A stretch of DNA of 64,000 nt from Eledone cirrhosa (Eukaryota): assembly GCA_964016885.1 (NCBI GenBank), contig OZ024752.1:47306001-47370000 (forward strand), given 5' to 3'. A program made the translations under genes and the position numbers. The notes beneath the pieces were generated by a model. That model was not told the origin of the DNA and did not search any database. It worked only from the letters and a program-made list of their open reading frames with translations. Of this stretch, positions 13,699 through 27,576 are shown in pieces (position 1 is the first letter of the stretch; each line of letters opens with the position of its first letter).

Positions 13699-13702
<4 letters not shown>
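13510..13702 (-). mobile_element. Family F element: palindrome 13578-13702 plus tail
   Basis: Homologous, in opposite orientation, to 40079-40272. Confidence 0.85.
13592..13642 (-). ncRNA. Type I hammerhead ribozyme (family F); mirror copy on + strand at ~13639-13687
   Basis: agcttc CTGATGA tttctcacgaat GAAA cag ttctagtc ctg TA gaagct: 6-bp stem I, stem III cag/ctg, GUA triplet. Confidence 0.8.
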
Positions 13703-13756
<54 letters not shown>

Positions 13757-14740
13757 CAAACATACATACATATGCAAATAAACAAACATACACATGGACA
13801 CACACACAAACACACATAGATACCAAACACACACAGATACCAAACACACACATGGACACACACACAAACACACATAGATACCAAACACACACAGATACCA
13901 AACACACACATGGACACACGCACACACACACACAAACAGACCTAGTGATAGGTGTTATGTGAGAGGTCCCCCCTAAGTACACAATACAATAAAAGGAAGT
14001 TGTAAACAGAGAATCATACAAAGATACATGTTAACATTAATTAGATATAATTGTAGTGTTATTTCTATTGCCATTGTAAGTTTAGTATATAGGAAATTCA
14101 GTGTATTGTTTTAGGGCAGCTTTATAACACACATTATATATATATATATACATATATACATTTATATATATGTATGTGTGTGTGTGTACATATGTATTTA
14201 TGAATGTGTGTGTGTGTATGTGTATATATATATATATATATATACATACACACTCACATATATGTGTATATATATATATATACACATATGTATAAATATG
14301 TATACATGTATATTCATATATATATATTTATGTAAATATTTATGTATATATATATTTATATATATATATATTTATATATATATATATTTATGTATATATT
14401 TATGTATATATATATATATGTATATATTTATATTTATATATATTTATATATATATTTATATTTATATATATATATATATATAAATATAAATATATACATA
14501 AATATATATATATATATGTATGTATATATATATAAAAATATTGAGAGGGTGAGTGAAAGAGAGAGGGAGAGTAAGTGTGCATGAGAGAGTGTGTTTACCC
14601 ATAAGTGGAATAGATAATCAATTGTACAGAATAATTATCAATAACGAGAACAACAGCAACAACAACAACAACAAGCACTGGGGCATTAATTAAAGAAACA
14701 TCCTGGCTAAATAAGTTTACGTAATTCTACAAAATATTAT

Positions 14741-15577
14741 CTACACACAACCCTACTCCACCCTCCCACCCCCACCGACACCACCCCTCTCTCTGTAAAG
14801 TTATGTTGGTACCACAACATCCACTCCAAACTAAATGAGGTCGTGTAGGTGTTATGACAAAAAAAACCACACACACACACAGTCCACGCTGTAATGTGGC
14901 CGTGTAGGTAACATGGTAAAAAGTTCCTAGTCCACACTGTAAATGTGGTTGGTGTTAGGAGGGGCATCCAACCATAGAAAACCTGGCAGATAGTGTCCAC
15001 GCTGTAATGGGGCTGTGTAGATAACACGGTAAAAAGTTCTCAGTCCACACTGTAAATGTGGTTGGTGTTAGGAAGGGCATCCAACCATAGAAAACCTGGC
15101 AGATAGTGTCCACGCTGTAATGTGGTCATGTAGGTAACACGGTAAAAAGTTCCTAGTCCACACTGTAAATGTGGTTGGTGTTAGGAAGGGCATCCAACCA
15201 TAGAAAACCTGGCAGATAGTGTCCACGCTGTAATGGGGCTGTGTAGATAACACGGTAAAAAGTTCCCAGTCCACACTGTAAATGTGGTTGGTGTTAGGAA
15301 GGGCATCCAACCATAGAAAACCTGGCAGATAGTGTCCACGCTGTAATGTGGCCATGTAGGTAACGCGGTAAAAAGTTCCCAGTCCACACTGTAAATGTGG
15401 TTGGTGTTAGGATGGGCATCTAACCATAGAAAACCTGCCAGACAGTCCTATACGAGCGAGACACGGTCAACCGACCAATCTTGCCTCAAGTGGGACAATT
15501 CCCGTCTAACCCATGCTAGCATGGAAGATGGACGTTAAATGAGGCTGATGATGATGATAATGATGACGATGATGATA

Positions 15578-15612
<35 letters not shown>
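14741..15612 (+). mobile_element. RTE-tailed SINE-like element (family C) with internal 113-bp x5 tandem amplification
   Basis: Units start at 14882, 14995, 15108, 15221 and 15334; ends cccatgctagcatggaagatggacgttaaat-(GAT)n; single-unit relatives at 36543-36900 and 53037-53268. Confidence 0.85.
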
Positions 15613-15615
<3 letters not shown>

Positions 15616-16215
15616 ACCCTACCTTTCAAGGAACAAAAAGCTTCATTTACATATATTCTGATTTTTATTTAAAAAAAAACAAAAAACTTTTTGCTAATAC
15701 TTCATTGTTTCAATATATTGTTGATGCTGTGGTTGTTGTTGTTGTTGTTTGTTGTTGATGCTAGTCTTATTGTTATCATTAACAATGCTATAGATTTTGT
15801 TGATATAGTGTTGTATATATATATATATACAGTGTTGTATATATAGTTGTTGTATATATATATTCTGTATATATTGTATATATATATTGTTGTATATATA
15901 TTGTTATATATATATATATTGTTGTATATATATTGTTATATATATTGTTGTATATATATATTTTATATATATTCGTGTATATATATATTGTTGTATATAT
16001 ATTGTTGTATATATATATTGTTGTATATATATTGTTGTATATATTATTGTTTGTATATATATTGTATATATATTGTTTGTATATTGTTATTGGTATCGTT
16101 ATTGTTTATATTGTTGTATATATTGTTTCGCTATTGTTAGAAACACCTCAATGAGAATATAAACAATTATCTTATGTAAGCTCATATATATACATATATA
16201 CATATATACATATAT

Positions 16216-16246
<31 letters not shown>

Positions 16247-16291
16247 TACATATATACATATATATACATACATATATACACACATATATAC

Positions 16292-16335
<44 letters not shown>

Positions 16336-16431
16336 ATATATATATACACATATATATGTATATACATATACATATATATACATATATACATATACATATA
16401 TATACATATGTACATATATACATATATACAC

Positions 16432-16462
<31 letters not shown>

Positions 16463-16604
16463 CATATATACATACATATATACATACATAGATAATACAT
16501 ATATACATACATATAAACATATTCCTTCCATATACTGTAACGTTTGTGTTGTTATTTCTGTTTACCTTTTACATATATATATATATATATACTCACACAT
16601 GTGT

Positions 16605-16653
<49 letters not shown>

Positions 16654-16798
16654 CCTGAAATATATTGAGATTCACAGTTCATGTTTGCCTCCCTCTGTGT
16701 TTGACCTCCCCCCGCCCTCCATCCACCTCCCAATACACCATGTTACAAATGATGAATTACAAAAGACACATACATACATATATATATATATATGTATA

Positions 16799-16848
<50 letters not shown>

Positions 16849-16912
16849 TATATATATATATGTATGTATATATATATATACATATATATATGTATATATA
16901 CATATACATATA

Positions 16913-16962
<50 letters not shown>

Positions 16963-17172
16963 TATATGTATATATATACATATATATATATATATACATA
17001 TAAATACACACATATATATGTGTATATATATTACATATATATTTATAATATACACACACACATATGTATATATACATACAAACGTATATATATACATATA
17101 TGTATATATACATACAAACAAACACATATATATATATAAATATATTTATATATATATATATATAAATATATT

Positions 17173-17203
<31 letters not shown>

Positions 17204-17208
17204 ATATA

Positions 17209-17248
<40 letters not shown>

Positions 17249-17585
17249 TATATATATATATATATATCATTAAGAGACAGACTGTAATAAAGAGATAATT
17301 AGATAAATAATAACAACGGGGGAACTAATTATTGAGATGATGAAGTAACTGGAATGAAAGTGGTGGGGGAGGGTGGGAGGAGGTGTATGGGAGGAGGGTG
17401 TTGAATGGGGGAGATGGGGAGATCTGGAAGAGGAGCGAACGTGAAGAAGAATTAGATGTGGAGGTGGAGAGTGTGCGAGTGAGCTCTGTGAGAGAGTGAG
17501 AAACAGTTATTGAGTTGAGAGAAGAGAGCCCCCTCTTCCTTTATGTAAAGGGGATGCTAGTGGGGAAAGGTTCTGTGCATGTAGG

Positions 17586-17655
<70 letters not shown>

Positions 17656-17656
17656 G

Positions 17657-17871
<215 letters not shown>

Positions 17872-17873
<2 letters not shown>

Positions 17874-17928
17874 CATCATCATCATCATCATTTTACGTCC
17901 ACTTTTCCCTGCTTGCAAGGGTGGGACG
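17872..17928 (-). mobile_element. Isolated RTE/SINE-B 3' tail
   Basis: (atc)n ttttacgtccacttttccctgcttgcaagggtgggacg. Confidence 0.8.
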
Positions 17929-17961
<33 letters not shown>

Positions 17962-18078
17962 GTATATAAAAGTGTGTGTGTATATATGCATATCTGTATG
18001 TGGTTGACAACTGGGAGAAAAAGAGTACTCAATACCAAAATAGAGTTTTAATATTCATTTTGTTTAGCCTTTATAAAA

Positions 18079-18116
<38 letters not shown>

Positions 18117-18266
18117 ATATATATACATAATTTTTCTATATATATGTATATATATATATAGAGGTAGAACACTGGAAGGTAATATCCGTAGTGGTAGAGC
18201 ACTCAGTCCATGGGACGAGTTAGGTAGAAGTGGTTACACAACAGTTAGTTCACCATACCGAGAATA

Positions 18267-18319
<53 letters not shown>

Positions 18320-18353
18320 TATATATATACATAATTTTTCTCTATATATATGC

Positions 18354-18394
<41 letters not shown>

Positions 18395-18787
18395 ATATAT
18401 ATACATCATTTTTCTCTATATATATGCGTATATATATATACATCATCATTGTTTATTCACAAATATATATATTTATATATCAACATGATCATGATGTAAT
18501 GTTTATTTTCTCTGCTAGCAAGGGTTGGGTAGATAATCCCAGATTAAGCCAGTAGTTTATCTGAGCCACAGATCTCCTTCTATACACACTGAGCCTTTTA
18601 CTGTGGTTCCAGCATTAGGGAGGTCACCATTTCTTTGACACAAATGAAGAGTTCTCTCTTCCTTTAATTTGACAAGTCTTCTATGGCAGCGGTTTTAATT
18701 AGAAATATGGTAAGGAAATGGTTAAGTCTAACAAAAGTAACAACAATAACAATAAAATTTAAATAACAAAACATATTCTCCACTTAC

Positions 18788-18864
18788 TTTTGTCTTGGCT
18801 ATCTTCTCCCATTGGCGATATTGTGCTCAGACATCGGTGAGTTTCATTATTTAATAACAGAAAC
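18788..18864 (-). CDS. Probable 77-bp spliced exon of an unidentified host gene
   Basis: Minus strand has acceptor tttgtttgttttgcag and donor gtaagtg. One frame is open (FLLLNNETHRCLSTISPMGEDSQDK); it could also be 5'UTR plus a start at MGEDSQDK. Confidence 0.55.
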
Positions 18865-18956
18865 CTGCAAAACAAACAAACATAAACATCAGAAAATAAA
18901 ATAAATACTAAACAAACACTGATAAAACTTCAAAGATTATTATTATTTTTATTATT

Positions 18957-19300
18957 GGAGGCACATGGCTTAGTGGTTAGAGCATTGGCCTTGCAATCGA
19001 AAGGTTGTGAGTTCAATTCTCAGACCGGGTGATGTGTTGTTTCCTTGAGCAAGACACTTTATTTCACATTGCTCCAGTTTACTCAGCTGTAGAAATGAGA
19101 TGATAGGGAGTGGGGTCCCTATCATTCCACTGCAAAGTGGTCGTGGAGGTGCCACGGCAAAAAAGCACCCAGCACTCACTGTAAATGAGGTTGGTGTTAG
19201 GAAGGGCATCCAGCTGTAGAAATCAAGCCAGAATCAGTTCCCGTCCCACCCTTGCAAGCAGGGAAAAGCAGACATAAAATGATGATGATGATGATGATGA
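18957..19300 (+). mobile_element. tRNA-derived SINE family B, full length
   Basis: A-box tggcttagtggt, B-box gagttcaattc, CORE-like ccttgagcaagacactt, RTE-type tail with (GAT)n; five near-identical copies in the window. Confidence 0.9.
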
Positions 19301-19307
19301 TTATTAT

Positions 19308-19500
19308 AGGATGGTGGATTGGCAGTATCGGTAGAGGGTCGGACGCCATGCTTTGCAGCAAAGAGTTATGGTCCTTTATGGTCTGAGTTCAAAATCCCGC
19401 CGAGGTTAACTTTGCCTTTCATCCTTACGGGGGTTGATAAAACAAAGTACCAGTAATGCACTGGGATAATTGCTGGCCCTGTGCCAAAAGTAGAAACGAT
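19308..19500 (+). mobile_element. SINE family A
   Basis: A/B boxes and family A body; directly follows the SINE-B tail. Confidence 0.9.
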
Positions 19501-20223
19501 TATTATTATTATTTTTATTTCCACTTTGGTGACACTCTTGTTGACTTTTTCAGGTTTCACCTGAAGGAAAATCAGGGTTGAGATGGAAGTGGGTCCTTCC
19601 AACCAGTTTGTTGAAAGGTGGGTGAGATAGGCAAGAATGGCCCATGTGAATGGGTCTGCTCTGAGCACGTGCCTGTAGTATTGTAGGAGGAAAACTGGTG
19701 ACTGTGGCCATTGTGGGCAAAGTAAGAAACAGGGAACGGGAGAGGGTGACAGATTCCGTCCCCGATATATATGTATATATATATATTCATTAGTTAAACA
19801 AAACAAGACCACAAACTTCACAAGGAAGACATTATTAAAAGATTGTCAACATATTTTAGTTTGCTGTAAGGAATGTAGAGAATAATAATAATAATAATAT
19901 TAATAATAATAATAATGTCCGTTTACAATTGTTTCGCTACTCCATATAATATTTCTGAAATCAGATGACTATATATCATAATTGATCTGGTTCAGTTGAA
20001 AATAATTAATATATTTAAAAAACAGAGTGGCTCATCGGAACTTCAAAGGAATATAAATTAATATATATATATATTAATATGTGCATGTGTGTGTATATAT
20101 ATATATATATATGTGTGTGTGCATTTGTGTGTGTTTATACATATATATATATGTGTGTATGTGTGTGGGTTAGGTGTTGAGTCTGTCACCCTCACTCCTA
20201 CCCCCCCTTTCTTATATACATTT

Positions 20224-20292
<69 letters not shown>

Positions 20293-20295
20293 AAT

Positions 20296-20352
<57 letters not shown>

Positions 20353-20394
20353 AATATATATACACACACATATATATATATAAATATATATATC

Positions 20395-20571
20395 ATTATC
20401 ATCATCATCATCATCATCAAAGTTTTACGTCCGTTCTTCCACACTAGCATGGGTTAGACCGGTTGTTCTGTTGTGGACAATGTCAGGTCGGCTGACCTTG
20501 TCTTGCTCATACGGGAACTGGTTCTGGCTTGATTTCTAGAATCAGTTCCCGTATGAGCAAGGCATGGTCAG

Positions 20572-20574
<3 letters not shown>
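20395..20574 (-). mobile_element. RTE-tailed SINE 3' fragment with terminal inversion
   Basis: (atc)n tail; inverted repeat 20488-20574 (gctgacc..ttgctcatacgggaactg / cagttcccgtatgagcaa..ggtcagc). Confidence 0.75.
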
Positions 20575-20607
<33 letters not shown>

Positions 20608-20663
20608 AATTTATATGTATGTGTATGTACATATATAAATATATGTACATACATACATATATG

Positions 20664-20699
<36 letters not shown>

Positions 20700-20803
20700 T
20701 ATAAATATGTATATATACACACACATATACATACATACTTAAAATGGAGGCACAACTGATCTACTGCTGTGACTTATACATAAATATATATATATATATA
20801 TTG

Positions 20804-20860
<57 letters not shown>

Positions 20861-20863
20861 ATT

Positions 20864-20896
<33 letters not shown>

Positions 20897-21234
20897 ATAT
20901 AAATATGAATATATACACATGTATATATATTGAAAATGTCTGATATTAGATATTTTAGGTGAGAGGGGGAGGGGTGATAGTAAAAGAAATAATAAATAAA
21001 TAAAACAAAATGGTAGAAATTGTGAGAAAATAGTTGATATTACCATTATTATTATTATTAGTCATTATTATTTATATTGAGACATCATCATTATTACTAT
21101 CAGCCAATAAAGGCCCCTGGGGGGCAATTTAAACAATCACAATCACCCGCCACCACCCACACCACCTACAACAACAACAACAACAACAACAACAACAGAG
21201 CCACTATCTCAAACAAAGGAAATCAAGGGAATAC

Positions 21235-21283
<49 letters not shown>

Positions 21284-21325
21284 TATATATACATATACAA
21301 TATACATATATATATATATTGTATA

Positions 21326-21360
<35 letters not shown>

Positions 21361-21362
21361 TG

Positions 21363-21394
<32 letters not shown>

Positions 21395-21697
21395 GTATAT
21401 TGTATATATATATATATGTATATTGTATATATATATATATATGTATATTGTATATATATATATATATATATATATTGTATATATATATATATACACATAT
21501 CTATATAATATATATAAACATATATAATATATATATACATTGTATATATATATATATATGCATATATATGTAGGAGTATATATAAATATGTATGTATATA
21601 TATGTAGGTGTATAAAAAAATGTATGTATAAATATACATATATATATATATATACATATATATATGTGTATATATAAATACATACATACATTTATAT

Positions 21698-21731
<34 letters not shown>

Positions 21732-21745
21732 ACATATATACATAC

Positions 21746-21806
<61 letters not shown>

Positions 21807-22051
21807 TATATACATATACTATATATATACATATATACACACATATATATATATATATAGTAACTACTAATGAAACAGTTGAATGAAATGACAGTAAAAT
21901 TAACAGCCATTATATAATCTTTTTTTCTTTTAGAAATAAAATGTAAAAAATGTATATCAACGAATTGCTTTATTAATTATACTTCGTTAACTCAGTTGTC
22001 TTTTCCTCCTCCACCTCCTCTTTTGTTTAAAGAATATATATGTATATATAC

Positions 22052-22132
<81 letters not shown>

Positions 22133-22330
22133 TATGTGTTTATATATATATATATATATATATAGATATACACATATATATATAAATATATATATATATA
22201 CAGATATACATGTATATTTATATATATATATACACATATACATATATATACAGATAGATATACACACACACACATATATATATACACACATATATATATA
22301 CAATAAGAGAAGAAACTTTTATTCGTTCAA

Positions 22331-22415
<85 letters not shown>

Positions 22416-22432
22416 AATACACACACACATAG

Positions 22433-22483
<51 letters not shown>

Positions 22484-22611
22484 TATATATATCTATATAT
22501 ATATATATATCTATATCCAAAATTATCTCCTGTGATTATTCATGTTTATTTATATGTTAATCAATTTCTAGTTATTATATATATATATATATATATGTGT
22601 GAGTGTAGATA

Positions 22612-22667
<56 letters not shown>

Positions 22668-23088
22668 TATCTACACTCACACCTATACATATATACATAT
22701 CTATACATACACAAACACAGACCTACATACACACATATGCATGTACATACATATATAAACACCCAGATGCTTGATATATATATACACATATATATATACA
22801 CTCAACAAAAAAAAAAAAAAAAAAAAAAAAATCAAAGAAAAAAAATCAAAGAAAAAAACAACAACAACAACCAAATCAAAGTTCGATCAAGAGACTCTTG
22901 CTAAAATCTACCTCCAGCAAAATCTGATTCAATCCAATCCATTCAAAATGAAATTTGTGATATATTTTTCAGAATCACTAGTGCAGAAGACAGTTTGTTA
23001 GATAAACAGATGAGGTGGCAGGTAGGGCAAGGAACTTATAATTCCTGAAAAATGCCTTAAAGAGTTATTATTTGATAATTCAATAAGA

Positions 23089-23126
<38 letters not shown>

Positions 23127-23395
23127 TAGTATAATAATTTGAATTTACAGAAAGATATTTAAATGTATATATCTATATGTATATGTATATACATATATAT
23201 ATATATATATGTGTATATATGTGTATATATGTATATGTATATATATGTATGTGTATATGTATATGTATATGTATATATATGTATGTGTATATAAATATAT
23301 ATACATGTATGTATATGTATACATATGTATATATATATATATATGTTATGGAATACTGTTAGCTTCTCGCTACACCAATTTCTATACCTTTCATT

Positions 23396-23430
<35 letters not shown>

Positions 23431-23486
23431 ATATGTATATATATGTATGTGTATATAAATATATATACATGTTTGTATATGTATAC

Positions 23487-23544
<58 letters not shown>

Positions 23545-23666
23545 ATATATATATATATATGTATATATATGTATACATATGTATATATATATATATGTGT
23601 GTGTGTGTGTATATTAAATGTATATATATGTGTATGAATATGTACAAGAATGTATATAATTATAAA

Positions 23667-23745
<79 letters not shown>

Positions 23746-24020
23746 CACACACAATTATATACATTCTCAAACATATTCATAGAAAAAAGAATGAGAGAAA
23801 AGAAAATGTCTATATAAGAAAGCAATGACAACACAACAACAACAACAACTGTAAAATATATAAAAATTTCAAGAAAACAAAACAAAACAACAACACGTAC
23901 AACAATAAAACAAACCATAAAATATCAAATAAAAATAAAGATGCTTAATTTAAACTAATTCAAGTTTATGATAGGGATTATTGTAAACTTGCAAGCTGCT
24001 GCTGCTGCTGCTGCTGGTGG

Positions 24021-24055
<35 letters not shown>

Positions 24056-24140
24056 TTATATTTTAACACTTATCTTATTTAAAACTGCCGTTGGTGTTCA
24101 TGATACTAAGTTGTTCATTTTAGAATGTTTATATTTATCT

Positions 24141-24285
24141 AGAACGTCTGAGGAAAGAATCACTGGACGTGATTTTAAGGGCAAAAACCCATCCAACAGG
24201 AGACCCAGAGGTAGACAGACACCTCTCCCAAGTAAGATGCTTGGATAATATCTATGTGCATGGCTGGTCTCGCTTGGGGATCTAG
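24141..24285 (+). pseudogene. Degenerate RTE-clade LINE ORF C-terminal fragment
   Basis: Translates to ..NRRPRGRQ..RCLDNIYVHGWSRLGI, resembling the RTE/Rex3 RPRGRP.RW.D.I...W..LGI motif; frames are disrupted. Confidence 0.45.
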
Positions 24286-24518
24286 TCGGATCAGCATAGT
24301 GGCAGCTTTTTCAAAAGAAATATATGTATATATGTGTATATATATGTGTATATATATGTGTGTATATATATATATGAGCGAGAGATGGTCACCTGACCCA
24401 ACTTGCCTCTAAATGGGACAAACTCGTCTTACTCATACAAGCGTGGAAGATGGACATTAATCGATGATGATGATGATACACACACACACATATATATACA
24501 CACACACATATATATATA

Positions 24519-24728
24519 TAACGAAGGAGTTGTGGTAAGGAACCAGATGGCACCAGAGCAACCATAATGCACCAGAGTACTCAATACTTAGGGTAGTAGA
24601 GTGGGTAATAGGAAAATGTATGACCCCGACAGCAGAGCTCAAGCCATTTCGACGGCTATTTCTGGACTAGTCAAGAAATAGCCATCGAAACGGCTTGAGC
24701 TCTGCCGTCGGGGTCATACATTTTCCTA
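24519..24728 (-). mobile_element. Family G element with inverted arm
   Basis: Tail on the minus strand, imperfect palindrome 24608-24728, TA-flanked. Confidence 0.85.
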
Positions 24729-24821
24729 TATATATATATATACACGTATATATATATATATTTGTAGTGGTGCATGTGTTTTTCAATTACCCACTCTTGA
24801 ATAATATATATATATATATAT

Positions 24822-25290
24822 ATACGATATTAACAAATGGAAACTATATTTATAAAACCATATTTATTTTATTATACATATTTCAAGGACACCATGTTAA
24901 ATTATGGTGTGCTTTCATCAGATAAAATATAATATAGATCAGTTTTATAAATAAATATTGACATACCCTTAAAAAATGCAACCATTACTGTTGGAAGCTC
25001 CACGTGGTGTCCTTGAAATATGTATAATAAAATAAATATGGTTTTATAAATATAGTTTCCATTTGTTAATATCGTACGTTTACTCCAAATACTTGTTGAG
25101 TGCTTTATATCAGTTATAAAAATATTTGCTTGTTGTATCCCAACAATTTAAATAGAACTTTTACATATATATTTCGTTTCTGAATTTGTTTAGCAAGATT
25201 CTTTATCTGAAATCGTGTGTTGAAACCGATATTGTTATACTTTGGGAGGGTCATGTTGCCAATAAGAAACACACGCACCAGTTGCTTTCA
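24822..25290. mobile_element. Family E element, asymmetric inversion
   Basis: 24822-24894 is inverted relative to 25005-25076; the long tail continues to ~25290. Confidence 0.8.
24865..24929 (-). ncRNA. Type I hammerhead ribozyme (family E)
   Basis: tattttat CTGATGA aagcacaccat..atggtgtcctt GAAA tatgta TA ataaaata; 8-bp stem I. Confidence 0.8.
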
Positions 25291-25717
25291 CTTCAATTTA
25301 TTATATATTTATAAATTTACAAATTTACAAATTTACAAACTTATAAATTTCTGGTTGGTTGGTTGGTTCCACCACCAGATAGTTGTTTATATATATATAT
25401 ATGTTACGATATTGATTTCAGAATGCTGTGGATGGTGCCACCACTAAGCAGCCTATATATGTAAACATTGCAAACATAAATGATTGCAATGCTACTAAAA
25501 AGACCATATATACAAAAGGACCATATATACATACATATATATATACACATACACACACACTAGTTAAAAATATATCGCAAAGCAAAATGGTGTTTAGTTC
25601 TTGCAGTGTTTACTTTTGGCTAAATGAAAAGTAAAGGTTTGGATAGATATTGTAGAAATAACACTATGGAATTATTGGTTTTCTGTCCCCAAGCTGACGG
25701 TGAGTGTAGGAGGAAAC

Positions 25718-25752
<35 letters not shown>

Positions 25753-25758
<6 letters not shown>

Positions 25759-26295
25759 TATTAAAAAAATAATGAATAAACAAAGAAACAGTTCCTTATA
25801 TTAAAAAAAATTAATTATTTTACGATCGTTTCTAGGATATATATGTGTTAGAGTTGGTATGCATATTCTATAGATCTATGTACAATATTTATACAAACTA
25901 TCAGAGGGAATATACATACCTTCACATATATATGCTGTCTTCAGAAATAATGATTATTTCTGAAGATTATTTCTGAAGACAGCATATATATGTGTGGGTA
26001 TGTATATTCCCTCTGATAGTTTGTATAAATATTGTACATAGATCTATAGAATATGCATACCAATTCTAACACATATATATCCTAGAAACGATCGTAAAAT
26101 AATGAATTTTTTTTAATATAAGGAACTGTTTCTTTGTTTATTCATTATTTTTTTAATAATTTATCTTGACTCTGTTTTCCGTTTATTTTTCACCGAAAGT
26201 AGTTTTTGAATGCATCTTCTCTTTTCATGATATCCGGATTACATTGAATTCTTCATACGGATTGGACACTACCGTAAACTTTTGGTAGATTTATC
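25753..26295 (+). mobile_element. Family I element: 412-bp palindrome (25753-26164) plus tail
   Basis: Arms are near-perfect reverse complements; 13-bp tandem duplication attatttctgaag at the centre; TA-flanked. Confidence 0.85.
25966..26103 (+). ncRNA. Hammerhead ribozyme with ~105-nt extended helix II (mirror copy on - strand)
   Basis: attattt CTGAAGA [105 nt] GAAA cgatcg TA aaataat; perfect 7-bp stem I and palindromic stem III. Confidence 0.7.
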
Positions 26296-26431
26296 TATAT
26301 ATATATATATATATAATTATGTATATATAATTGTATACATATATGTATGTACGTGTACATACTTATATTTAAGTAACAGCCGTACTAAGAGTGGGAAATG
26401 AAATTTCGTTTCATTTTTTCCGTTTATATAT

Positions 26432-26625
26432 AATTGTTTCTACTTTTGGCACAAGGCCAGCAATTATCCCAGTGTATTACTGGTACTTTATTTTATCGAC
26501 CCCCCGTAAGGATGAAAGGCAAAGTTAACCTCGGCGGGATTTGAAGTCAGAATGGCAAGGGCCGTAACTCTATGCGTCAAAAACATGGCGTCCGACCCTC
26601 TACCAATACTGCCAATCCACCACCC
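26432..26625 (-). mobile_element. SINE family A
   Basis: Reverse complement of the family A sequence. Confidence 0.9.
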
Positions 26626-26633
26626 TTTTTATG

Positions 26634-26675
<42 letters not shown>

Positions 26676-26735
26676 TAGATATGTATCATGATGTATATAT
26701 ATGATGATACACACACATATATGATATATATCCTT

Positions 26736-27077
26736 ATCATCATCATCATTTTACGTCCGCTTTGCTTTTTCCTGCTTGCAAGAGTGGGGACGGGAACTGA
26801 TTCTGGCTTGATTTCTACAGCTGGATGCCCTTCCTAACACCAACCTCATTTACAGTGAGTGCTGGGTGCTTTTTTGCCGTGGCACCTCCACGACCACTTT
26901 GCAGTGGAATGATAGGGACCCCACTCCCTATCATCTCATTCCTACAGCTGAGTAAACTGGAGCAATGTGAAATAAAGTGTCTTGCTCAAGGAAACAACAC
27001 ATCACCTGGTCTGAGAATTGAACTCACAACCTTTCGATTGCAAGGCCAATGCTCTAACCACTAAGCCATGTGCCTCC
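26736..27077 (-). mobile_element. SINE family B, full length
   Basis: Reverse complement of 18957-19300. Confidence 0.9.
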
Positions 27078-27576
27078 ATATATGTGTGTATATATATGAT
27101 AACACAAGCCGAAACTGCTTGGTGCTGCAGTTGGTATTTTACATATCTCTCTCTCTCTACCTTTACATATACTGTATATATATCATCAGCATTGATTAAC
27201 ATCTATCTTCCACGCTAGCATGGGTTAGACAGATTTGTTTCATTTAGAGGCAAGTTGTGTCAGGTGACTGTGTCTCGCTCATATAGAAGTGTTTCTGGCT
27301 GGTTTTCTATGGCTGGATGCCCTTCCTAACACCAACCACATTGACAGTGTGGACTGGGTGCTTTTTGCCGTGTCTTTTACACGTCCACTTTACAACGTTG
27401 GGACAAAGGCTGGTTGTTTGAATTACAAACACAGTCCATCAGATGGACTTTATCCTGCTCATGAAATTAACATGTAAGTGGCTGAGCATTCCATTAACTC
27501 ATGTACACATAATACAATTCTCAGGGAGATTCAGCATGGCTCAGTATGAGACAAGGTTGGCTGTTTGATTTTCAGA

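Noticed and set aside
18957-19030. tRNA gene
   Set aside because: A/B boxes are present but the sequence continues into a SINE body and lacks a complete cloverleaf.
19100-19126. tetO-like tccctatcat inverted repeat in SINE-B
   Set aside because: Arm orientation and spacing differ from tetO; it is an internal SINE hairpin, not vector contamination.
18970-19209. Recurrent 79-aa ORF MPFLTPTSF... (5 copies)
   Set aside because: It is the antisense reading of SINE-B; conservation reflects young SINE copies.
24148-24180. CTGAGGA plus hairpin
   Set aside because: Lacks GAAA; better explained as degenerate RTE coding sequence.
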